NCBI GenBank assembly: GCA_023266895.1
Contig: JAHFOI010000013.1
Location: 1 to 28,657 of the forward strand
From: Candidatus Woesearchaeota archaeon
GTDB lineage: Archaea > Nanobdellota > Nanobdellia > Woesearchaeales > ARS49
DNA length: 28,657 bases
Reading direction: 5' to 3'
The notes beneath the pieces are model-generated. The model worked only from the letters and a program-made list of their open reading frames with translations, made no database searches and was not told the DNA's origin. Below are positions 10,456-17,322 of this stretch, in pieces. Positions within the stretch are counted from its first letter, which is position 1. Every line of letters starts with the position of its first letter. The position numbers and the translations under genes are program-made.

Positions 10456-10965
10456 AAAAATTCCGACGTAAAAACAAAAACATAACCCCAAAAAATTAAT
10501 TTTGCCAACAAAGTAAGAATATAAAAATTAACAAAAAAAAGCTCAAAAGCACAACAAACAACAATAAAATAATAAGTATATGATATATCTTTTTTAAAGG
10601 TCAAGAATCATGCAGAGATTATGCCAGAACAAACATTTCTGCAAAAAACTAAGTCTTCTGGCACAACTCCGGCCAAGTCGGAATAAAAAGAGAATTAGTT
10701 AAAAAATCCCGACAAAACAGGTGAAGCCCCTTTTTGGACAGTACCCAGGTTCCACACCAAAACAACTCCTTTGCTGCAAAAACTAGAGAGAACAAGAACA
10801 ATGTCAGGATTTTCTCAGAAATCAGTAGTGTTTACGGCCATTTCGGAATTTGTTCAAGTTTTTGCCAAGGTTTTAGTCAAGCCACAAAAAAAGTCTTGTG
10901 CAACAGCTCCTAATGCAAAAATCACTTGTTTTCTGCTTTTTTTGACGACTGATGTCGGAATTTTA
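10456..10965. repeat. Cluster of short GTCGGAATTTT-like motifs in both orientations
   Basis: Five copies were read by eye. They are 10456-10467 (-, GTCGGAATTTTT), 10677-10688 (+, GTCGGAATAAAA), 10701-10713 (-, GTCGGGATTTTTT), 10842-10852 (+, TTCGGAATTTG) and 10954-10965 (+, GTCGGAATTTTA). A degenerate copy GTCAGGATTTTC lies at 10803-10814. The first copy sits on the far side of a very AT-rich stretch (about 10486-10600) from the other copies. Confidence 0.6.
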
Positions 10966-11000
10966 AAAACATTTTTATACCAGTTCTTGTTTGCAAAAGT

Positions 11001-11516
11001 ATGAAAGTGCAACTTGAGCATAAAGAGCCTGGTGATAATGCAACAGCTGATGAACTTGCAAAAGTGTTAATCACGCGATTTGGTTTAGCTCCAAGAAAAA
11101 GTGATGCGAGTGCACAATTTCATCGCTTGCTTCTTGAACTTTCTGAACGTAAAAAGTCTGCAAATCGTGACAAACGTCCTGAAGTTGCCGTCATGCCTGT
11201 TGAAGTAATGGGTTCTTTTGCTGGCATTCGTCGACAAACAATGTATGACTATTTGCATCGCTGGCTTGACTTGCAGATTTTGAAAAAAACAAGTTTTGTT
11301 GCATCAGGCAAAGTGATTATTGGATACGAACTCAATGGTCAAAATATTGAAGGTGCATTTCGCAAAGCTGAAACATGCATTAAGAATCATTTAGATGCTA
11401 GTTTTAAGCTTGTGGAACAGCTTCAGTCAGAGGTAAAAAAGGAAAAGCTTAGGGCTGGAACTCCTGATGAGTCTGAAACCCCTGAATCCACTGTGTCAAC
11501 TGGCAGTCTGCCTTGA
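11001..11516 (+). CDS. Small putative winged-helix DNA-binding protein
   Basis: This is a 171-aa ORF. The central segment MPVEVMGSFAGIRRQTMYDYLHRWLDLQILKKTSFVASGKVIIGYEL reads as helix-turn-helix plus a beta wing. The tail is acidic and Ser/Thr/Pro-rich. A TATA-like TTTTTATACC lies about 25 nt upstream. I recognise no specific family. Confidence 0.5.
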   Translation: MKVQLEHKEPGDNATADELAKVLITRFGLAPRKSDASAQFHRLLLELSERKKSANRDKRPEVAVMPVEVMGSFAGIRRQTMYDYLHRWLDLQILKKTSFVASGKVIIGYELNGQNIEGAFRKAETCIKNHLDASFKLVEQLQSEVKKEKLRAGTPDESETPESTVSTGSLP

Positions 11517-12018
11517 TCACATTGTGTTTTGCTTGTTGTTCGCGAAATTCTGGACTAAGTTGAGCATATGCTCGCGTGCTATCATATTTTTTAAGAACAG
11601 GCACGTGTTTTGTGACAAGTGCTGCAAGGGTTGCTGCAAGCACCTCTCTGCTAAGCCCGCATTTTGTCGCAATTTCTTCACAGCTCACCCAAGGCCTGGT
11701 TTTTCCTAGCAAAAAAAGTGTTTGGCACACGGTTTTTTCTCGACGAGTAAGCACACCAATAACTGGTGTTGATTGATTGAGTGTAAGGGCAAGCCGTTCA
11801 ACAAGATGCTGCACATTATCAAGCTTAGCTTCAAGAGCATTGAGAAATTCAAAAACTGTTTCTATTTCAGTAGTGTTTTCATTAATCGTTTGTCTGTGGT
11901 CATCAAGCTCTTCACGCATGCCATCAAACACCTGCTTTATGATGCTACTTTCTGAAATACTAAGTAGTTGCTGTTCTGTAATGCGTACCACCCCTTGAGT
12001 GTCGTGCATGGGTTTCAT
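11449..12018 (-). CDS. Coiled-coil protein with C-terminal winged-helix/HTH domain
   Basis: This is a 189-aa ORF. The N-terminal heptad-like helix is DDHRQTINENTTEIETVFEFLNALEAKLDNVQHLVERL. The C-terminal HTH is LTRREKTVCQTLFLLGKTRPWVSCEEIATKCGLSREVLAATLAALVTKHVPVLKKY. An SD-like GAGGTAA lies 8 nt before the ATG. Confidence 0.55.
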   Translation of the reverse strand: MKPMHDTQGVVRITEQQLLSISESSIIKQVFDGMREELDDHRQTINENTTEIETVFEFLNALEAKLDNVQHLVERLALTLNQSTPVIGVLTRREKTVCQTLFLLGKTRPWVSCEEIATKCGLSREVLAATLAALVTKHVPVLKKYDSTRAYAQLSPEFREQQAKHNVIKADCQLTQWIQGFQTHQEFQP

Positions 12019-12130
12019 AGTGTTACCTCATGACAACAACCAAAATTTGGGCAACAGTGCTTGCTTATATTCTTTTCGGTTCACATTTTTTTATCGACGA
12101 AAAAAAGTGCCAGAACACCTACACCCCCCC

Positions 12131-12140
12131 AAAAAAAAAA
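12131..12140 (-). terminator. Oligo-T (T10) tract immediately after the stop of the 252-aa gene
   Basis: The minus strand reads TGA-AGAC-TTTTTTTTTT-GGGGGGG starting at the stop codon (12147-12145). Oligo-T tracts act as archaeal termination signals. Confidence 0.5.
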
Positions 12141-12144
12141 GTCT

Positions 12145-12903
12145 TCACGGATGCTTGCGTGTCTGCAGGTACACCTTATTTTTTCCTTCAGCAAGTACCG
12201 TGAGTGATTCGTCATGTTCTAATTCTTCTAAGAGCCTGTAAAAACTGCTTTTTGAGCACAATCCTTGTTCATCAACAATGGTTTCTCTGAGTTGTTGTCC
12301 TGATATTTTTCCGTATTTTTGAATTAAGCTAAGCAGTAATCCTTTAACATATTCTTTGCTGTTTTGCGTGAGTTTTTTCAGTACTTTTTCCTTAAATCTG
12401 CTCACTTGTGAAGTTCGTGTTCCTGGTTCAAATTGAGGCATAACAGAAGCTGTAACATGAGCCATGCTTTCTTGATGAACAAGATGCTGATTATGAATCT
12501 GTTCATCATGAATGCGTTCTTCATGCATGCGTTCTATTTGTGTGCGGATTGTGCGCAATTGCTGAGGTAAATCTTGTAGTTTAACATCAATTTGTTCTAC
12601 TTTTGCGCGTTGGAATTCTAAAAGACTTACTTTTTGTTCAATAAGTCGTATTCTTTCGTTCATCCCTTCATAATCATACAAGCCGTCAATAAGTAGTTTC
12701 ACATCATTGCGTGTTTTTGGCACTTGCTCAATTTGACGTCGGAGTTCTTCAATAATTCGCCCTTGCTCTTGACGTTGCTGGTCCAGATACATCACCCATT
12801 GCCCAAGTGTTACTATATCGCTTTTTACTCTGTCAAAACTCTGTGTTGCATTGCGATCAAACAGCTCCAATCGTGCATCAATTTCTTTCTGAAAAAACCA
12901 CAT
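12145..12903 (-). CDS. Long coiled-coil protein with C-terminal winged-helix domain
   Basis: This is a 252-aa ORF. About 150 aa is heptad-rich and Gln/Glu/Arg-rich (EELRRQIEQV...LEFQRAKVEQIDVKLQDLPQQLRTIRTQIERMHEE). The winged-helix region follows: KGLLLSLIQKYGKISGQQLRETIVDEQGLCSKSSFYRLLEELEHDESLTVLAEGKNKVYL. The promoter abuts the TGGGAC repeat array. Confidence 0.55.
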   Translation of the reverse strand: MWFFQKEIDARLELFDRNATQSFDRVKSDIVTLGQWVMYLDQQRQEQGRIIEELRRQIEQVPKTRNDVKLLIDGLYDYEGMNERIRLIEQKVSLLEFQRAKVEQIDVKLQDLPQQLRTIRTQIERMHEERIHDEQIHNQHLVHQESMAHVTASVMPQFEPGTRTSQVSRFKEKVLKKLTQNSKEYVKGLLLSLIQKYGKISGQQLRETIVDEQGLCSKSSFYRLLEELEHDESLTVLAEGKNKVYLQTRKHP

Positions 12904-12922
12904 CTTTGCCAGAAAATATTCA

Positions 12923-12934
12923 GTCTATTTAAGC
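12923..12934 (-). promoter_or_regulatory. TATA-like box for the 252-aa coiled-coil/wHTH gene
   Basis: The minus strand reads GCTTAAATAGAC about 25 nt upstream of ATG 12903. This is the spacing seen at most genes in the window. Confidence 0.45.
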
Positions 12935-12940
12935 TTTTTG

Positions 12941-13088
12941 TCATTCCCAAACTCATTCCCAGGACAGTCCCAAGACCATCCCAGGACTATTTTGGGACTA
13001 TCTGGGACTGACTTTAAGACGACAAATCTCATTCCCAGAGACTATAATGGGACTGAACTGGGACTGTCCCAGGACAGCTCTGGGACTA
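12941..13088. repeat. Dense phased array of TGGGA(C)/(G)TCCCA sites (iteron or operator-like)
   Basis: TGGGAC occurs on + at 12993, 13003, 13048, 13059 and 13081. TCCCA (the same core on -) ends at 12949, 12961, 12972, 12983, 13037 and 13071. The longer unit TCATTCCCA occurs three times (12941, 12953, 13029). The palindrome GGGACTGTCCC lies at 13060-13070. Neighbour spacings are 10-12 bp or 22 bp. Confidence 0.8.
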
Positions 13089-13143
13089 ACCGAATTTCTT
13101 GCAAAAAATGCGCAAAACTGTCAAAAAACAAACAAGCCCACCC

Positions 13144-13180
<37 letters not shown>

Positions 13181-13521
13181 CAAAACAGCTAACCAAATCA
13201 TTTATAAACAAGAACTACTTTCAAAAGCCGGGGAAATAAGGGTAAGAGCAGTTAAATAAATTACACAAAAACCAAAAACTGTCAAAGCAACTAAATTTAA
13301 CTGCAATACGCCAAGCAATGATCAATCAGCACCAGGCTTATTCAAGGAACGTAGCCTGCAATTCCCGTAGCAACCAATGCCCAACAAACCCTAAAAAAAC
13401 AAGCTTTAAATCAGCCACACTATCAAAAGTGAGAGTTCACACTACAAAAAACACCAAAAACAAAGTCTCAAAATAGTGCCTAACCACTTTTTAGAGTAAT
13501 ACAAAGAAAGATTTGGTCAAA

Positions 13522-14187
13522 ATGCCAGAAAAAAAACTTAATCAAACCGCAAATCACGCAATTGTTTGTTCTAAAGGCCAGCTCGCAGTGATTTTATCAC
13601 AAATCAAAGGGTTTGCTGAAGCAAAAGTGAGTCTTGAACAATATCAAACAGATTCTGAGACTGCTGCAACAGTGCTTTGGCACGCAAACATGATATGCGA
13701 TTTAGCAAACAAAAAAATCATTGACCTTGGTTCGGGTACAGGAATCTTAGGGTTAGGCACCATGTTATTAGGTTGTTCTGAAGTAACTTTTGTGGAAAAA
13801 GACGAAAATGCATTAAAACTGTGCAAAATCAATGCCAAAAACCTCAAAAGTGAGTTCTCAGATGATTTTCTGGTATCATTCCAGAATAAAGATGTTTCCG
13901 AAGTTCTAGGTTCTTTTGATGTTGTTGTCATGAATCCTCCTTTTGGCACACACGAAGCTCATGCTGACAGAGTTTTTTTGCAAAAAGCATGTTCTCTTGC
14001 ACCAATCATTTATTCATTTCATAAGGCAGCAACTTTCGCATTTGTTCAAGCTTTTGCCAAAGATAATGGTTTTGCAATTACGCACAATTGGCAATTTGAT
14101 TTTCCTCTTAAACAAACCATGAAATTTCATACAAAAAAAATCCAACGAATTACAGTTGTGTGCGTGAGATTAGAAAGAAAACAATGA
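13522..14187 (+). CDS. METTL5-like class I SAM-dependent methyltransferase (COG2263 predicted RNA methylase, NPPF motif)
   Basis: The protein has LEQYQT near the N-terminus, the SAM motif IIDLGSGTGILGLG, and the catalytic VVMNPPFG. ATG 13522 is preferred over the TTG at 13513 used by the ORF track. Confidence 0.8.
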   Translation: MPEKKLNQTANHAIVCSKGQLAVILSQIKGFAEAKVSLEQYQTDSETAATVLWHANMICDLANKKIIDLGSGTGILGLGTMLLGCSEVTFVEKDENALKLCKINAKNLKSEFSDDFLVSFQNKDVSEVLGSFDVVVMNPPFGTHEAHADRVFLQKACSLAPIIYSFHKAATFAFVQAFAKDNGFAITHNWQFDFPLKQTMKFHTKKIQRITVVCVRLERKQ

Positions 14188-14250
14188 TGCATTGCAAAAG
14201 AGTAGTTTTCTCCCAAAACCTTTTTAAACCACCTCTTGCTTTTTCTCATC

Positions 14251-14532
14251 ATGGCTATGGAAATGAAGGTTCTTGAGGATAAAAAGGCGCGTATGATGTT
14301 TCAGATTGTGGGAGAAAATCATCTTCTTGCGAACGTGTTAAAAGATGAGCTTCAGCACGATGATCATGTGAAGGTTGTTGGCTATCATGTGGAGCATCCT
14401 TTGATTGGTAAGCCCAGATTCATTCTTGAAACTGATGGTGCTGACACGTGGAAGACTGTTTCTGCTGCAGTCAAACGTCTTTCTAAGACTGCTGATAAGC
14501 TTAAGGATGAGTTTAAAGAAATAAAATATTAA
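14251..14532 (+). CDS. rpoL: DNA-directed RNA polymerase subunit L (Rpo11)
   Basis: The translation is MAMEMKVLEDKKARMMFQIVGENHLLANVLKDELQHDDHVKVVGYHVEHPLIGKPRFILETDG. The GE(D/N)HxLxNxL and HPL motifs are characteristic of RpoL. ATG 14251 lies about 25 nt after the TATA-like CCTTTTTAAACC. Confidence 0.85.
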   Translation: MAMEMKVLEDKKARMMFQIVGENHLLANVLKDELQHDDHVKVVGYHVEHPLIGKPRFILETDGADTWKTVSAAVKRLSKTADKLKDEFKEIKY

Positions 14533-14574
14533 GTAACATTTTCTCCAGCCCATCACGAAAAATAGATTGCAATT

Positions 14575-15084
14575 TCACTCAGCAGGTCGTGGTCCAAGTT
14601 CTTTAACTGCTACATCTACCAATTGAACAAATACCTCATCTGACACTTGTATGCCTGCTTTTATGAGTGCAAACGCAAGTGCTTTGCCATTAACTTCTTC
14701 AGGAATGTCTGCATCAACAGGCTGAAATCCCAGTAAGTTTTTGAGTGTAACATCGCACAAGTGTCCGTTGTTTAATGCAAGTACTGCAGGTTTGTCTCCA
14801 ATCATGCAGGTGTGCTGTTCAATATTGCAACGCACTGAATTAAGCGTGTGTACGTGTTCTTCTTTGGAAAATCCATGCTGTTGTAGTTCTCGTGATACAA
14901 GGGTTTTGAGGCATGTTGCGAGGCTACCTGTGAGTTCTGGCGCGTCAAGTGTGTGTATTTTTGTTGAGGTAACAAGTCTTCCTAAATATTTGTGTACTTT
15001 TTGTCGTGGTCCTTGTGCAGTCCACTCATTTCTCACAAGATATGCATATCTTGCGTTTTTTATTGTTTTCACGCGAATAAACAT
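14575..15084 (-). CDS. Hypothetical protein with a basic N-terminal beta-hairpin-like motif
   Basis: This is a 169-aa ORF from ATG 15084; the ORF track begins at an upstream TTG at 15105. The N-terminus is MFIRVKTIKNARYAYLVRNEWTAQGPRQKVHKYLGRL. I recognise no family with confidence. Confidence 0.5.
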   Translation of the reverse strand: MFIRVKTIKNARYAYLVRNEWTAQGPRQKVHKYLGRLVTSTKIHTLDAPELTGSLATCLKTLVSRELQQHGFSKEEHVHTLNSVRCNIEQHTCMIGDKPAVLALNNGHLCDVTLKNLLGFQPVDADIPEEVNGKALAFALIKAGIQVSDEVFVQLVDVAVKELGPRPAE

Positions 15085-15146
15085 GCTAGTGCCTAAAAGT
15101 CGCAATAGATAAATCTATTGTTCAATATCAGCGTATTACTGCTCTG

Positions 15147-16382
15147 CTACTTGAGTCGTATCACTGTGCCTGTTTGTTCTTGAATAAGCTGGAAAATTGC
15201 AGTGTAATCTGGTGTATTTGTGTCTTGTTTTTTTTGAAGGTCTGCAAGTTCTAATTGTTTTTTCTTCATGATTTCGTGGACTGCTTCTGTTTCTTTTCGC
15301 AACATGTTGAGTTCTTGTGAGGTTTTGTGTGAAATGAGTGCTTGTGCGAGGCGTACTTCATCGCGCTTGAGTTTAGCATAGGTTGTGATGAGCTTTTGTA
15401 AGAAAGGCTTGTTTAGGTTTGCGATTGCATTGATGGTGCGTGTTTTTTTATCTTGTTTGAGCTCAAGTGTATCGTTCCAGGCATTTTTTTGGAGTTCTAC
15501 AAGCACTTCTGTAATTTTGAGGTGTACGTCTTGGCTAAGTGCATCTGAGGGGCTAGCAAGGTATTGTTCTATAACATGTGCGTGCAGTGGTGCAAGTTTT
15601 GCATATTTTCGTAAACCTGCTTCTAGTGGTGCAACCATGTTACGTAACTTGTCCTCTAATTGTTTGACTGTCTGCTGTGTGGTAATAAGTTCTTGTTCAA
15701 GCATAATTCTTGCTGAGTCTTTTGCAATGCGTTGTTGTTCCTGTGTAAGTCTTGTTTGTTCAGAGGCATAGGTTTGCAATGAAGCGTGTAAGGCAGCTAT
15801 GTTCTGTTGTATTTCTTTGCAAAAATTTTCCTTATCAATGCATTGCGTAAACGAATGATGTGCTGTTACATAAACTGCATGTTTGCTTTCTTCAAGTTCT
15901 TTTCTGAGCTGATTTGTGAGTTGTTCAATGCGTCGTAGACTTTCTAAAACTGCGTTTTTTTCACGTGCGTGAAATTCTTGAAGCACTGCGCTTTGGCGTG
16001 AGGTGTTTTCAAGAAAAACTTGTGTTGCCAGTTCATACACCTCAAACCATGAAGCTAATTCATTAACTTGGTCAGGTAGTCTAAACTGGTCAAGGTAATT
16101 TGTCACGTTTTTTATGAATGCTTCTTTATTTCCTGATGCTATGCTTTTGTGCTGTTCAGGAATTGCCTGATTCGTGAGTTCTGCATTTTGAAGGTTGTTA
16201 AGTGCGTGTGTTGTTTCCGCAATCCAATGCTGTGCTTCAATTGCTTTTTTTTGGAGTTGTTCTGCAAGTTGTTTTGTTGCAGCACCATGCTGTTTTGTTA
16301 TCCACCTGCCAAGCTGTTCTGATGTAAGTGTTAATTCTGGTGTTGATTGTTTGCCAAAGATTTTTTTCAAAAATTGCCGCAT
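15147..16382 (-). CDS. Large all-alpha coiled-coil protein, function unknown
   Basis: This is a 411-aa ORF rich in Gln/Glu/Leu/Lys heptads with no enzymatic motif seen. It starts 26 nt downstream of rnp4 on the same strand. Confidence 0.5.
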   Translation of the reverse strand: MRQFLKKIFGKQSTPELTLTSEQLGRWITKQHGAATKQLAEQLQKKAIEAQHWIAETTHALNNLQNAELTNQAIPEQHKSIASGNKEAFIKNVTNYLDQFRLPDQVNELASWFEVYELATQVFLENTSRQSAVLQEFHAREKNAVLESLRRIEQLTNQLRKELEESKHAVYVTAHHSFTQCIDKENFCKEIQQNIAALHASLQTYASEQTRLTQEQQRIAKDSARIMLEQELITTQQTVKQLEDKLRNMVAPLEAGLRKYAKLAPLHAHVIEQYLASPSDALSQDVHLKITEVLVELQKNAWNDTLELKQDKKTRTINAIANLNKPFLQKLITTYAKLKRDEVRLAQALISHKTSQELNMLRKETEAVHEIMKKKQLELADLQKKQDTNTPDYTAIFQLIQEQTGTVIRLK

Positions 16383-16408
16383 AAGAAGTGTAGCAGCATA
16401 GTATTTTA

Positions 16409-16759
16409 TTAGGCTTGTGTTCTTATGAGCAGGGATGACTTGGTTGCTTTTTCTTTTCGTTTCTTTTGTTGTTGCTTTTTATATGAAAATCGTGTGCACG
16501 CACCACAAGTGAAGCAAGTATACACCACCATGCCTTCATGAGTTCTGACTCGGTAGGTTTTTCCTGGAACAAAATGTGCGTAACAATGATTGCAATACTG
16601 CCGTTTGAGTTCTTTTGGCAGTTTTAATCTGTGCTTCATTGCAAGGGTTCTGGCTTTGGCAACAAGTCGTGCTGAGGTTGCGTGATCTTCACGTGCGGCC
16701 TGCGCAAAATAGTTTGCGATCTGATGTTTAGCTTCAGGTGCGGTGTGCTGTTTCTTCAT
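16409..16759 (-). CDS. rnp4: RNase P protein component 4 (Rpr2/RPP21 family zinc ribbon)
   Basis: The helical N-terminus is YFAQAAREDHATSARLVAKARTLAMKHRLKLPKELKRQYC. The zinc ribbon is CNHC...17 residues...CFTCG, followed by a basic tail. Confidence 0.8.
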   Translation of the reverse strand: MKKQHTAPEAKHQIANYFAQAAREDHATSARLVAKARTLAMKHRLKLPKELKRQYCNHCYAHFVPGKTYRVRTHEGMVVYTCFTCGACTRFSYKKQQQKKRKEKATKSSLLIRTQA

Positions 16760-16861
16760 ACTGCAAAGAGTGATATGCTTGCTCTTATGCTTTGCGGAAG
16801 TATGATGCTACTTTAGCAAACATAACAAATACTAATCATTCAGGAGTTCAAAAAAAGTGTT

Positions 16862-17047
16862 TCAGCACTCTCGATTTTTACCATGCTTTACATTAGAATA
16901 TCTTTTTTCATAAGAAGTAAGATTTTTTTCCACAAACCTACAGAGAATGCGATCAAGTGCTTCTTCAGGACTTTTTCCATAAAAACCAGTTTTTACTAGA
17001 TAACTTAGAAAATAGTTGCTATAAGGAGAAAGTTTAATTTCCTGCAT
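16862..17047 (-). CDS. Small hypothetical protein, possibly a remnant of a longer gene
   Basis: The ORF is 61 aa from the first ATG (17047). The frame stays open a further ~58 codons upstream, to about 17220, with no ATG. The only alternative start there is the TTG at 17074 used by the ORF track. Confidence 0.25.
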   Translation of the reverse strand: MQEIKLSPYSNYFLSYLVKTGFYGKSPEEALDRILCRFVEKNLTSYEKRYSNVKHGKNREC

Positions 17048-17322
17048 TCTTGTTTGAATAGGAATATCTTGCAAGAGATCTTCTTCAGCCCAGGGATCAG
17101 ACTCAAGTGTTTGCTGAGTTAGAATAAAACGTACTATGTCAGTAGTATTTATGAAAAAACCTCTATCACAAAGTAAGACTATGTTTTTTTTGGAACTGCT
17201 GGAGCAAAGAAACGAGTCACAACCTTAAAGAGAGTGTGTTTTTTATAATTCTTTCAGTATAGACATTTCCAAGACTTCATAGATAGTTTTATAAATTCAA
17301 GGGCTGATTTTTTTATGAGCTC

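Noticed and set aside
10371-10604. 77-aa hydrophobic ORF on the minus strand, a possible small membrane protein
   Set aside because: It starts only at a TTG and has no ATG anywhere in the frame. Its Phe/Val/Ile/Leu content simply mirrors the G/T-rich minus strand of this tract. A real gene cannot be excluded, but the sequence does not support one.
10771-11004. 77-aa ORF (67 aa from ATG 10801) ending in an ATGA overlap with the 171-aa wHTH gene
   Set aside because: The ATGA overlap is suggestive of coupling. However, the ORF would contain the TATA box and motif copies that fit the downstream gene's leaderless promoter. No TATA precedes it and the sequence has no recognisable features. It is left uncalled but flagged as uncertain.
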